This document shows, in pieces, positions 51,801-64,000 of a DNA stretch of 64,000 bases. Every line of letters begins with the position of its first letter. Positions within the stretch are counted from its first letter, which is position 1. The DNA lies in contig CM060733.1 of assembly GCA_030704615.1 (NCBI GenBank), positions 26,040,001 through 26,104,000 on the forward strand. The letters are read 5' to 3'. Source of the DNA: Takakia lepidozioides. Taxonomy: Eukaryota > Plantae > Bryophyta. The notes under the pieces are model-generated. The model made no database searches and had not been told where the DNA came from. It saw only the letters and a program-made list of their open reading frames with translations. A program made the position numbers and the translations under genes.

Positions 51801-53020
51801 TCGCCTCGTAGCTTTTGGGCTGTTGGGCTCACATCTTCTGATCTAATGAGCCTTACGGGTCATCCACAAGGTAAATTTAGCTTGCTGATAAATTTGAGTT
51901 AAGGCCTCAGGCTTTGTATAGAAATTAACAAGTTAGACTGAATTTTCTTTGGATTGTGAAGATCGAATGTGGGCCCAGTGTCTGATGGCAGTGTTGTGAG
52001 AGCCCGGCCTCAACACCTGTCCTGGACTTGCACACAGGGTCCACACGCGTGTACATTCCATTTCTGACTTGAGCAACGTTCAAACGTTCAAACCCCCCCA
52101 CCTGATGTGAGAGGAATCGACATGAATATAGGGACCACTGCACGTGGATTCTCTTGTGGAAGAGGCGTGCGCGCGTGCATTTTAGTACATAGTACGACGC
52201 TGCAGCCAAAATTTCTCCTTACAAAATTTACTCCTTGGTTCGTCTGCGCGACCCCGTTGCGGCTGGCTTGCAAGGCGTCTGCAATCTGCACCCTGCAGTG
52301 CCTGGAAGCGCAGCAGCTACTCCTAATAAGAAAAGAAAAGTGCGGCTGTCTTTTTGTTGCTTTGCCTGCGGTATTTTACTGCAAGGGTTTCTCGAGAGTC
52401 GAGGTTTGACCGACTCATACTATAGGTACCTATATTTTTCTCCATCATGGCCAGTATGCTGAACCTCCGCACAAAACGTTCAATCCAACATGAAGCCTGG
52501 CACAAAAATGAAGACTGCAACTGCCTGCAGGTATTGTGCATGAAGCTCGCGGGTAGCAACAAGACGCACTGTTCAGCAATCTTGTAGAAACTGGTGGGAC
52601 CCTGGTTGCGCTTGAGGAGGGAGCAGGGGCAGCAGCAGGGAGGCTTGCGAAGATTCCGTGGATACATCTCTGCACCAGGCAGCTGCCTGCGCACGCCTCT
52701 TCCACAAGTCTCGCAACCTTGGGCCGCGGTTATTTAACCAGCGGGACAGTCCAATTGAACTGTATTCAGAGAGAACTCGAGAGGCGGGAGATAGGAGAGG
52801 TGAAGCCTTCTGCGCCGGGGCTCTTATCCATTTTTGAATCTCGAACCAGCTGCAAGACTTCAGCGGCAGTCGGCTGTGTCAGTACCTTCAGCAAGGCACA
52901 GAGGGAAAGACCTGAGCGGCAAACTTACTGCTGAGAAATCCTTCGACAGAGTCACGGCACATGATAGAAGAAAGCACAGAAAGCGAAAAATCAGCAGGTG
53001 GGCGTAAGAACTAAGAAGAG

Positions 53021-54936
53021 ATGGAGGTTAGAACCACTCAATACCACAAGGCGGTGGTGCAATGGATGGCGGGGTCGGACTGGCGGGTGGCACTTGGGTT
53101 GATGTTGGCACTATACGCAATTTACGAACAGCTAACATTTATGAAGAAAAAGAAGCAGTTGCCAGGTCCACCGCTGGTGGTGCCTTTCATCGGGAACGTA
53201 ATGGGAATGGTGTCCAACCCCACTCGCTTCTGGGAAGACCAGGCGCTTGCGGCCAAGAAGGTCATTTTCTTTTCGCTCTTCTCCCCCACTCTCCTGGTTT
53301 CTCATTTTTCTAAGTTCAATATTTAGAATGAGAAGCTTCTTGCAGTGAGATGTGACCCTACCCTACTGATGATATGGATGCTTGTTTTCGGTGATTCAAG
53401 ACAGAAGATTGATACAAAGGGGTCGTTTTCACCTAGCCCAGTCCCAGTCTATGCTGAATATGGTTTGCAGTGAGGTAATAGGGATGCTTGTTTTCGGTGA
53501 TTCAAGGAGATCCATACAAAGGGACCGTTTTCCACCTAGCCCAGTCCGAGTCTATGCTGAATATGGTTTAGCAGCGGTAATCAGTGCTTTCCGATGCCCT
53601 GGAGGCAAGTGTTGGAGGGATGCTGACGTGTGGAAACTTGCTGCAGGTGGGACTGTCATGGAATGCGCTACTGGGAAATTTTGTTCTCTTTGTAAGGGAC
53701 TCGGAGATGTCTCAGAAGATATTTGCTAACGTGCGACCTGACAGCTTCCACTTAGTGGGCCACCCACTGGGCAAGAAGCTATTTGGAAAGAACAACCTTA
53801 TTTTCATGTTCGGTGAGGAACACAAAGATTTGCGACGACGTCTGGCCCCACTTTTTACACACAAGGCTTTGGGGTTGTATGTGAGTATACAGGAAAAGAT
53901 GATTAGGGAGCATATTGAGAGATGGGTTGCTCTTGCCAAAGCAACAGATGCGCCCCTGCAGATGAGGTTACTGTGCAGAGACATGAATTTGGAAACGTCA
54001 CAGAATGTATTTGTGGGGCCATATCTTACCCCCAAGATGCGGCAGCAATTTACTCGCGATTACTATCTATTCAACGTGGGATTGATGAGCCTGCCCATTT
54101 ATTTTCCTGGTTTTTCTTTTTACAAAGCTTCGCGTGCTGTGCCGCGCCTGGTGAACACCCTTGCAATCTGTGCGCATGCTAGCAAGTTGCGAATGGCAGA
54201 GGGGCAGGAACCCGCGTGTCTGATGGACTTTTGGATGCTGGAAACCCTCAAGGAGATAAGGGAGGCAGAGTTGGCAGGGGCCCCGTTACCACCCCATAGT
54301 TCTGACAAGGAGATTGGGTCACAAATATTTGACTTTCTCTTTGCCGCCCAGGATGCATCAACGTCTTCACTTACGTGGGCAACGACGCTGTTGGAGTCCC
54401 AACCGGAGATACTGGAACGAGTGCGCCAGGAGCAGGCCCGCCTGCGCCCTGACCGAGGGACACCCTTCACACCTGACCAGCTGCGGGAGATGAAGTTCAC
54501 AGAGATGGTAGTGAAGGAGGTGCTGCGATACCGGCCACCAGCTACACTAGTGCCGCACATTGCCAACAGTGACATCCCTTTGACAGACACCTATACTGTA
54601 CCCAAGGGCACCATTGTATTCCCTTCTGTATTTGAGTCATCCTTTCAAGGTTTCACCAACCCGTATGAATTTGATCCTGATCGATTTTCGTCAGATCGTC
54701 AGGAAGATCAGGTATACAAGCGAAATTGGCTGCTCTTTGGTGCTGGTCCCCACCAGTGTCTTGGACAGCGATATGCTGTGAATCAACTCATCCTCTTCAC
54801 CGCCCTCTTCTCCACCAATGTGAATTGGACCAGAGTCCGCACTCCAAATTGTGATGACATTATCTACACACCCACCATAGCCCCCAGGGATTCTGGCTTG
54901 GTTCATCTTTCTGCACGCCCAGAATCCGCCCAGTAG
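53021..54936 (+). CDS. CYP710A: Cytochrome P450 CYP710 sterol C22-desaturase, ~509 aa; exons 53021-53260, 53647-54936
   Basis: FDFLFAAQDASTSS I-helix, EVLR, FDPDRF, heme loop FGAGPHQCLG, N-terminal TM followed by LPGP; GT-AG phase-0 intron. Confidence 0.95.
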
Positions 54937-55649
54937 ATTGGCTATGTTGTCATCCTATCCACCATTCTGGATAGGAAAAGAAGACCAGCCTAGATATCTG
55001 TGCTAGCTACCCTAGTCTGGGATGCCTTTGTGCATTAAGTCTTCAGTTTCAGATGCTAGATATTCGTTTGGTACTACGAAGGGGTAAGGCTGAAATTTTG
55101 GAGCTTGCCATTGCTAATGTGGTCTTGTAAGAAGGGAGGAACAATGGGAAGCTTTCAGGATCATTCTTTGTTGAAGTTGGTGATCAGACGTCCAGTGTAC
55201 ATGCCAACCTATAGTCTTCATGGAGACTCCCCACACTATGTCTCAGCTTGTTGTTGCTGCTGTCAGCAAACTTGCTGTTGGCTTTCAGATACACAATTGA
55301 TTTGCCCCCATCTGGGCTCCTGTAGACTACTCAATTTTGCAACAAGACTATAATCCAGTTATACGTCAGCATGGTACTGTTGATTCTCCAGCTTCATCTC
55401 TTGGTTCATTACCGTAGCAGGTGTGCAATTCACATTTAAAGAAACCAACACCGGCAGAGATGTGGCCAACATTCGCCCAAATTCATGTAGTAATAAAATC
55501 ATCAGCTGAATGCCAGCTGTTGCAGGATTCATGAATATTCCTACACTGGGCAATGCCACTTGGAGCCACCTACGTGGCATGGCAGATTGAAACTCCCGCC
55601 TGAACTTTTGTAAAATTGCTTCAATCGCCCAAGACAGAAAAGGTCCTTA

Positions 55650-56042
55650 GAGCATCACCACCCTTGAGCCCGAAAAACTCCCAGTAACAGCAAATAGTGT
55701 CATCGATTCAGTGCTTGCGGGGTTCTGTGGCGCGGCAGCCCGACTCGCGCACACCCTTGTCCCTGAAACGCCCACGCTATCCCCGCGCACCTAGCTTCCC
55801 ATTGGCCGAAAGGGGGCGAAATCTCCGCCAAGATGCTGACATGCACGCGTTTGGTACTTCGACTTGGATTATGGGACATATTCTGTGCGCAGAATATAGC
55901 GCTCGGGTTCAGTGCACGGAACGATATTCAGTGCGAGCTTTTCATGGGATATAGGGTTTAGTACATGGGTGGGGGACGTTTCCACCCACCATACCCTCAT
56001 GTTCCGTGGGCGTGCTGGATTCAGTGTAGGGTGGGGATGCTC
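55650..56042. mobile_element. Tourist/PIF-Harbinger MITE (393 bp)
   Basis: TIRs GAGCATCACCACCCT / AGGGTGGGGATGCTC (14/15), TTA TSD on both sides. Confidence 0.88.
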
Positions 56043-56681
56043 TTACAGCCACACCGCACTACTAACTCACGTTTGTGAGGTTGGGTACCGTGTGAGCAGG
56101 CTTACGCTAGCACATAGGCATATTCCACTTATTCCCCAAGAATTCATAGAATATGCTATAGTGAAACTAAAATGTGCTCACGCGGAAAGAAAAAACAATA
56201 CGAAACTATCTGAAAACTGTGCTCACAAGACAAAAGTTATGAAATTAATCGTCCAAAGCTTAACTCATGTGAGCACAAAGACCCACAAATATATTTGCCA
56301 GAACTCAAAGGTCAGCAAATATAAACAATGTGATATTTGATAAAACATTGTGTATAGAACATCCCCAAGAACCACCCAAAAAATGGGTTTCGCCAACAAA
56401 ACACAAACGCATCTTGGGTTTTTGCCAGCAAACCTTGGGTTTCGTCGGCGAAATTGACGTTTTGTTTTTTTTGTTTTTTTTGTTTGTTTGAGGTTTCTCC
56501 CTTTCAAGCTCCTTCTATATGTTTAAGATTATATTTAGACCCCATGTAGACCGTAATAATGCAAAAAGACCCTATGTCCGTCTATTATATGTATTTCCGT
56601 GCATATCACCTCCATAACCGTGGATCTTGCTCACGCAACGTTTTTTTTGTGCGCACGCCATACCAATCCCCACGTCTATTA

Positions 56682-57058
56682 GAGCATCTCCACAATGCCA
56701 CGACACTTGTCCCAAAACGGCAATCTAGTGACGCGGGGTCCAAAAAAGTAGCGCAACTTGCTCCACGGTTGGCTCACCCGGTAGATTTGCTGCCGGTCCC
56801 CGCCTGAAATCTGCCTCCTGCCACGCACTTTTGCCAATCATATCGGGACCCGCCAACCACGTACATTAGATTTGTGAGTTATTTATGAGTTAATGAGATA
56901 TGATGTCCTCGGTCAACGCGCTGCCTCAGCGCTATATCTGCCGGGTCTTGTACCGTCCCAACCGTAGAGTGTCAGCCAACTAATCTTTGTAAAAATACCG
57001 ACGCCCCTGTAACCAGGGTATATAACGTTGACGGGCCGTGCTCACCATGGAGATGCTC
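56682..57058. mobile_element. Tourist/PIF-Harbinger MITE (377 bp)
   Basis: TIRs GAGCATCTCCA / TGGAGATGCTC, TTA TSD on both sides. Confidence 0.88.
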
Positions 57059-57210
57059 TTAGGCTAGTGCCTAACTACTGCTAACTACAAAAGTACGGCC
57101 GCACGGCCCTGCTTTAAATGTTTTAGCTCTAACTATTGTTATCTACTATTAACTAATCCTTTGTAGTTTATGGTGATTTTTAGCAGTACCCCCTTAGTGC
57201 TAAATCTAAA

Positions 57211-57240
57211 CTAGCGCGTCGTTTACGGGCAGCTGCCCGC
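57211..57240 (-). mobile_element. Canonical Helitron (HLE1) 3' end
   Basis: 14-bp palindrome CGGGCAGCTGCCCG (57226-57239), 11-nt spacer, then CTAG|T on the minus strand. Confidence 0.7.
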
Positions 57241-57327
57241 GCCACTTCTCCGTTTCGCTTTGCCATCTCCTTCTCCTTCGCGCTTCCCTCTTTTGTGCTG
57301 CTATGTAGTTCATTTTGCTCTTTGTAG

Positions 57328-57456
57328 TTCTCCGTTGTGCTCCTGTAAAGATGAGCGGGGACAGCTGCATGCCTTCCACAACGTCTGTCGTCATCATACT
57401 GCAGCAGTTGCATCGGGCTTTGGTTGTGCCCACTCTTTTGTCTGCCCTTATCATGC
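57328..57456 (+). pseudogene. Isolated Rieske [2Fe-2S] exon, choline-monooxygenase-like
   Basis: ttgtag acceptor, then ..KDERGQLHAFHNVCRHH...SFVCPYH (CxH...CxxH). Confidence 0.7.
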
Positions 57457-60400
57457 GACCTCATGTTCCCATAATTTCTCCCTAATGTGTGTGCTCTCTC
57501 TGCCCATTTTTAGACAATGTCAAATCTGTGGCCAAGTAGGGTTCTCTATACTGTCTATTACTGCCATTGGGTTCAAAGTCTAGCGGAGTTTTAGTGACAG
57601 CCTTCTCAAAAGACTGCAATTTGTAGCTTCAAAACATGTTCTTTGGGCCCAATCTGCCTCATCCATAATCTGGTAAATCATTGTTGTAATTTGTAACCCT
57701 AGGTGTAATGTCAATCTGTTGTGGCAACATGATATACGTTGTCAATTGCAGCTCTTTCTACAATGAATTGCACATTGTTGAAAGTTTATCCCATTGAATT
57801 GTGAAGTCAGAGGAGGTGAGATGTGAGTTACAAAGTAAGGCATGGACTTAACCACTATATTGATCTGTAGGGTCGATGCTTGTTCTACACCACAACTGGT
57901 ACCAATGGTGACATGTTGAGAGGCTTTGTGAATTGAACCGCACATATTACAGCCATATTATCCTTCAGGTGATCATCGTGGCCTCGAATCTTTGCATCAC
58001 AGCTGCACATGTTCTACTCTATCACTCTCTGACCTCACGATGAGTTGAAGCCAATGTACATGATGACTGACATCGCAAATGCAATGCTACATTTATTCCT
58101 GAAAAGTACTATATTTCAAATAAAGAGTTGAAAATTCATAGTTGGTTTGCATGTAATGCCACAACATTATACATTTTGTGTGTGTCCTTCTTGTGTCGAA
58201 CCTCCTTGTAAACCTCATCATCTCTCCATCAACAAGTGCCGACAGAAAGAAACTCACCGAATGAGCTATGGGAACCTCAAGGAGGTGAAACCCGGCTCTT
58301 CTACCCAAACACACAGTGTGAGCTCCAATTGAAACTTTCCATACGTCCTTAGCTCACTTGAAGCAAATACTAAACCAAATTAAGGAAAAAATAAGACATA
58401 GGCTTCTTCACATATCCATTGCTGACCCTTAAGCAATCGACAGCATCCTCCATGATCCCCTTCTAAAACTAATGTCACTAGGCCATACATATTGCAGTCA
58501 AGTTTGAAGGTTGAAGTATCACAAACCAATGTTGGCCAGGGGAAGAACATAAAAGAAGTTGAGGGAGAGGTCAATAAGTCCTAAGATAATAGCTGGAGCC
58601 TAGAGAAATTGCCCAAATTCGGTCACCCTGCACAAAACCTCAAAACCTTGTCAACATTGTACCAGTCTATAGTATAAAGTCTACAGTGAAGTCTAAATCA
58701 AGCAGCCACCTAACTTTTTTCTAGCAAACAGCCCAACTCTACTTCTCCCAAGAGTGTGTGTACTTTCCAATCCTATGCCAAAATACCAAGAATCTATTCA
58801 ATTTTACAGCCTGGACATACCGAAATTCATTTCAAATTTTGCTGCAGAGCACAGAGAGGAACTAGAGCCTTGGAGAATGATTGATTGGTAGATATCCCCA
58901 TGAGTCCAACTTCCCCAAATGAAAACAGTTCCTAAAGAGAGCATGAATACGAACCCGGGGTAAAGATCGAGAGCGCTCTTCTCTTTTACTGTCAACCCTC
59001 TTGAAATGTTATCTATGGACGGTATGGAAAACATGACATTTATAGATATATAGCAACTACCTGTACTAAAAGAGGGCAAAATATCCTACCCCAACATTAT
59101 AAAGGTCACATTTAATGAGGTTAAGTAGATCGAAAGTTATATTTGTTCATTAATTGTAATTATAATTATAATTAAAACTAAAAAATGTCCTTTTGTCAGA
59201 CAAGAATTAGATATCTAGCAGCATACAACTCTTTTTGAATTGACAAACATTTTGAAAGCAAATGAGTAAATATCTTGTGGTTGTTCTTCAGTGTATACTA
59301 AATGTATAGCTGGATAAAATGGGCAATACCTCTGGAAGCGAAAGCGGCTCTTATTTATGCAAACTCCGGTTGGCGTCATATACATATATACATGGATGAA
59401 TACAACCACATTTGAAATCTCATCATCATTTGGTTAAAATGGCTTGTTTAAATAAACTTAGGCTGCAAAAATAACAAGTCCAAGGCATCCATGGTCGGAG
59501 CCTCAATGTCCTAAATGATGGAAAGCCCAATAAAGTACTGCTGCAAAAGTCCATCATTTGCATCCAATATAATGACATATAACAACCACTTCATCATACA
59601 CAAAGAAGATGCTTTAAAACCATAGAAAGTAGAATCTTCACGCAACATTTTTCTTTCAATCTTTCTAGTGTAAAATTCTACATGATATACAAAACATAAC
59701 AATAAGAGAGATATAACATAGATGGAGGTAACGTTTAAAGAGGGTCCATTGTAATACCAACACGTTGGTCTGGTATCATGTTTAGGACATACCAGACTAA
59801 TATGAGTACCAAAGGTTTCATAAAATATTCACTGGTATCTATATTGGCAAAGGTATTTTGTCTAAATATTGGTATGAATACTAAATATCATTGTTACATC
59901 AATATTGGTTTATTCAAGTATCATTTTAATTAAAAGTTTAGTATCCAAAGAGAAAAAAAAACTTTGTGAAGTACAATGTATATGTAATATACATATAATA
60001 TACATATATAATTATATAATTTATACAATTATACTAATATTGTAAATAAAATACTCATACCAGAGCAAATGAGAACGACGGTGGGGAGTATTGATATGGC
60101 AACTGGTATGTAAGAGTATATATCAGCCTCGTATGGTATCTTCCTGAGTATAACATATTCTTATACGAGACTGATCTGCATATACCAATATATATATATG
60201 TCATTTGCTTGTATATCAGACCAACACTACCTACCCCAAATTGGCACCTAAACCATCCGCCATTTAATAGTGATCGTCTTTTTACCGTCTTTTTTTTTTT
60301 ACCCCCTTGCACAACAATTATTTCTTCAAGTCCTTGGTGCCATTGTAGTTGGTGGAAAAATCGATATTTTATCAACGGATGTGGATTCCTAGATTTGATC

Positions 60401-60890
60401 ACTTTGAGAGGGCGCGACTTCTCATCAATGCCAAGTGGCAACAGATCAGAAGGCTCAAGCAAAAGTATCATAGTATGTTGCCAATAGAGCATATACATTA
60501 TGGCAAAGTAAGTCCTAAGTTATATGATACATGTGTATCAACTTAAGCCACAAATCTTTAGTTTGTGCACCTACCATTTGGCCACCCTCGTTCAAACTTT
60601 ACACAAAGATTTGGCTGAGGTGCATATTAGTAAGGAATGTAGAGATATGTTCAATTAAACAATTCAAGGATGTTATTTCATATGCAAAGTCTGAACAACA
60701 TCTTTCAAAAGATGCAGATTATGTGGTCGTAAAATGTATAGTTTCGAATGGTTCTATGGTTGCAAAGTCTTTGCTCCAAAAGTTTGGGTTACTTGATACC
60801 ATAGAGGTCAATTTGGCCTACAGCAATGTCCCCAAAAGTTGCAATCCCACCATATTGGTTGTATTATGAGACAAGTGCAACGTCGAAACA

Positions 60891-61697
60891 TTATATTTGC
60901 AAAAACATTCTAACTATTGTATCACTTCTTGTGATTTTTAGTAATCGGATGGAGAATGTTGTGATAACTAATCCACGTAAGATTCCGCCTGCAATGGTTG
61001 TTCCACCTGTTGACGCTATAAGCCTCCAATCAGGTGTCACTGCAATGGTGGCTGCTGCAAACGAAATCAACATACACACCATAGATGCTAGAAGTAAACA
61101 CACTGTCGCATTTACAGTCCTTCGATGTCGCTTCAATTCATTTCGCAATTTCGTTTGTGGCAAAGAAATTGATGGAATGACGGGCAACATGATGGATGCC
61201 ACGGCCAAATAAAATGACAAGATGTCGCACAATATAAAGATTTTCATTGGGAGTACTCCATAGTATATTGACGCATTGTTTTCGTAGCTAAGAGGAGGTT
61301 GGAGTTGCCCGACAAAAGAGGCAGTTGTGACTAATGTTGATGTCACATAGATGGCATTTGCAGCATCAGTGAGGTTTTTTTTCCTCTCCTGAGTCTCGGT
61401 ATCCACTTTTTCATACCACCATACGCAGTCGTCTTCAGACACGAAGGGTCCGATATCAGCAATATTTTCACACCAGTCTTCCTGAAATATGTCAAGGCCG
61501 GCCTGTAACAACAAGCCAATGCACGCCTTCTTTCCAACATAATTCTTATGCCTTTTCTTTTCATTTAAGGAGCTTTGTTGTTCCCATGTGTTGTGCAAAC
61601 TCTTATAATCTACAAAGTCTCCGCAATGTTCTAGTTTGTCGCAATACCATCTTTTTTCCGCCTCATGCACTAAGTTCACTCCCCCCGCTGCGCACAA
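60891..61697 (-). CDS. PGG-domain transmembrane region of an ankyrin-TM (ACD6-like) protein, partial or pseudogene
   Basis: DAANAIYVTSTLVTTASFVGQLQPPLSY..IFILCDILSFYLAVASI plus several TM helices; no ankyrin repeats seen. Confidence 0.65.
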   Translation of the reverse strand: MCAAGGVNLVHEAEKRWYCDKLEHCGDFVDYKSLHNTWEQQSSLNEKKRHKNYVGKKACIGLLLQAGLDIFQEDWCENIADIGPFVSEDDCVWWYEKVDTETQERKKNLTDAANAIYVTSTLVTTASFVGQLQPPLSYENNASIYYGVLPMKIFILCDILSFYLAVASIMLPVIPSISLPQTKLRNELKRHRRTVNATVCLLLASMVCMLISFAAATIAVTPDWRLIASTGGTTIAGGILRGLVITTFSIRLLKITRSDTIVRMFLQI

Positions 61698-62279
61698 TGA
61701 GAAGGAAGGCAGGGAGCATGTGGATGATATCGCGACAGCTTATTGATTTCCTAAATAGACCAACCACACCAATTATGGTGTTATTAAACTACTTCTCAAA
61801 ATCTAGAGGACACATTAAATTCAAATATGATCATACTGACAACAAGTGGGTAGATGTAGACTCAATTATTAGTTCAGTCACTATGACTTTTGATAGAGCG
61901 CAAACATTTATACTTTGAATGCTAATGATGCGAATGCTTTAAATGAATTTATTTCAGCCAAATAATAAATTCATTTGTCTTGTAAGAAAACATTTCTTTT
62001 ATTGTATTATTAATATAGGGCGTCTAATATTTTTTTGAAACAAAAAATTATAATTAAAATAGCATGCCAAAAAATCACCATATTACAAAATTATGTAATT
62101 ATAGGGTACTAAAAAATGCCCAAAGTCAAAGTAATACCCCCCTACAAAATACCCATTTATCTCACGTGCCCTATACAAGTGATAGGGAGTGACTTCCCCG
62201 GGACTGCGGCAGCAATATGCAACACACCATATCTTTTGACAATTTGTATAACAATATTTGGCTAACCTTTTTTTTCCAC

Positions 62280-63900
62280 TTGTCATCGCCGCTGGATTTG
62301 AAATGCGGCGCCGCATTTGCGTCCATAGGAGGTGAAAGGCAAAAATAAATAAATAAAATTTGAGTTTGTTTTTTTGATTTGTTTTTTGCCCTCTCTAGTC
62401 ATCCCGCAGGATCGAAATGCGGTGCCGCATTTCCAACAACAGGGGGTAGAGGGATAAAAAAAATAACCGTAAAAAATTTTCTTTCTCTTCTCATCGCCGC
62501 TGGATTGAAATGCGGTGCCGCATTTCGGCCAATAGGGAGTAGAGAAAAAAAATCCAAATTTTTTTTTTCCTTGTTTTTTCTAGCTCTAACCGTTGGATGG
62601 AAATGCGGTGCCGCATTTCCGACCACAGGGGGTGGCGGAAAAAAAAACCAGAACCCTAATTTTTTTTTTTCTATAGTCATGGTCGTTGGATAGAAATGCG
62701 GCACCACATTCAGAAGGCAATGGGTGTATGGCAGGTGGGATGGAAATGTGGAGCCGCATTTCCGTCCCACTGTCATGGAGGCAAGGGTAACTGGTAGTGG
62801 CGACTGAAATGCGGCACCACATTTCCGTCCCACTGTTATCGAGGCAAGGGTAACTGGTAGTGGGGACATCCGAAATGCGACACCGCATTTGCGTCCCCAA
62901 TGTTATGAATGCAAGGTCTTCTGGCAGTCCGGACAAAAATGCGGCACCGTATTTGCGTCCCCACTGTTATGAATGCAAGGTCTTCTGGCAGTCCGGACGG
63001 AAATGCAGCACCGCATTTTCATCTGTCCCCACTGTCATGAAGGCAAGGTCCAATGGCAGTCCGGACGGAAATGCGGCACCACATTTCCGTCCCCAATGTC
63101 ATGAAGGAAGGGTCTTAGGGCAGTCTGGACGGAAATACGGAACCGATTTTCCGTCCCCACTGTCATGAAGGCAAGGGTGTATAGTAGGTAGGACGGAAAT
63201 GCGGTGCCGCATTTCCGTCCTATTATTATGGAGGCAAAGGTAACTGTAGTGAACGCAAGGTCCAACGGCAGTCCGGATGGAAATGCGGCATTTCCGTCCG
63301 TCCCCACTGTAATGATGGCAAGGTCCAATGGCAGTCCGGACGGAAATGCGGCACCGCATTTCCGTCCATCCCCACTGTCATGAAGGCAAGGTCCAATGGC
63401 AGTCCGGACGGAAATACGACACCACATTTCCGTCCCCAATGTCATGAAGGAAGGGTCTCAGGGCAGTCTGGACGGAAATGCGAAACCAATTTTCCGTCCC
63501 CACCGTCATGAAGGCAAGGGTGTATAGTAACTAGGTTGGAAATGCGGTGCCGCATTTCCGTCCTACTATTATGGAGGCAAAGGTAACTGGTAGTGGGGAC
63601 TGAAATGCGGCACCGCATATCTGTCCCCACTGTCATGAAGGCAAGGTCTAATGGCAGTCCGGACGGAAATGCGGCACTGCATTTCCGTCCCCTCTGTCAT
63701 GAAGGCAAGGGTGTATGGCTATCCGAACGGATATGCGGTGCCGCATTTCTGTCGCACTGTCATGAAGGCAACGGTAAGTGGTAGTGGGGACGACCGTCCC
63801 CACCGCAAGCTTGAATGGCAGTCTGCCCACCTCATTTCCCCAAAATCCACTGAAGGGATACATATTGATGGCAGTCTGGACGAAAATGCATCGTCGGAGT
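62280..63900. repeat. Tandem array of ~60-65-bp units containing the palindrome AAATGCGGNNCCGCATTT
   Basis: ggaaatgcggcaccgcatttccgtccccactgtcatgaaggcaagg repeated about 20 times, with longer spacers at the left end. Confidence 0.9.
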
Positions 63901-64000
63901 TCCGTCCCTTGACATCCACCCATGCTCGCTCCTTGGTGGATCCAATTCGGTGTCAGTCTGCGGCACTCCATATCCATCCAGAAGTACACCCAGAAGTACC

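Noticed and set aside
59745-60272. TGGTAT/ATACCA-rich segment ending TAGTG, possible CACTA derivative
   Set aside because: No matching CACTA left TIR or TSD found
62280-63900. CRISPR-like appearance (palindromic repeats with spacers)
   Set aside because: Spacers are homologous to each other, repeats are degenerate, no cas genes, eukaryotic context

Overview
Eukaryotic, TE-rich nuclear DNA from a land plant, probably a seed-free lineage (inferred from the style of the PLS/DYW PPR genes and the intron in CYP710). Two host genes look intact: a 4-exon CHX cation/H+ exchanger (34434-38080) and a 2-exon CYP710 sterol C22-desaturase (53021-54936). Partial or decayed host genes include a nucellin-like aspartic protease, CTF8, several PPR/DYW copies, a choline-monooxygenase-like Rieske exon and a PGG-domain fragment. 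TEs include hAT, CACTA, Tourist MITEs, Copia, LINEs and a canonical Helitron end, plus two tandem arrays. The main observation is a probable ~21 kb minus-strand Helentron/Helitron2-type rolling-circle element (8568-29538). It is bounded by a perfect 11-bp asymmetric inverted repeat and GNA-triloop hairpins. It encodes an HUH-Rep/Pif1/Ulp1-like-protease polyprotein and a separate intact, intronless 244-aa ORF resembling phage T7 gp2.5/viral-type single-stranded DNA-binding proteins. It also carries co-oriented host cargo (PPR, CTF8), and its 5' end is joined head-to-tail through TT to a second copy of its own 3' end. All family assignments are by motif recognition only; no database searches were run.
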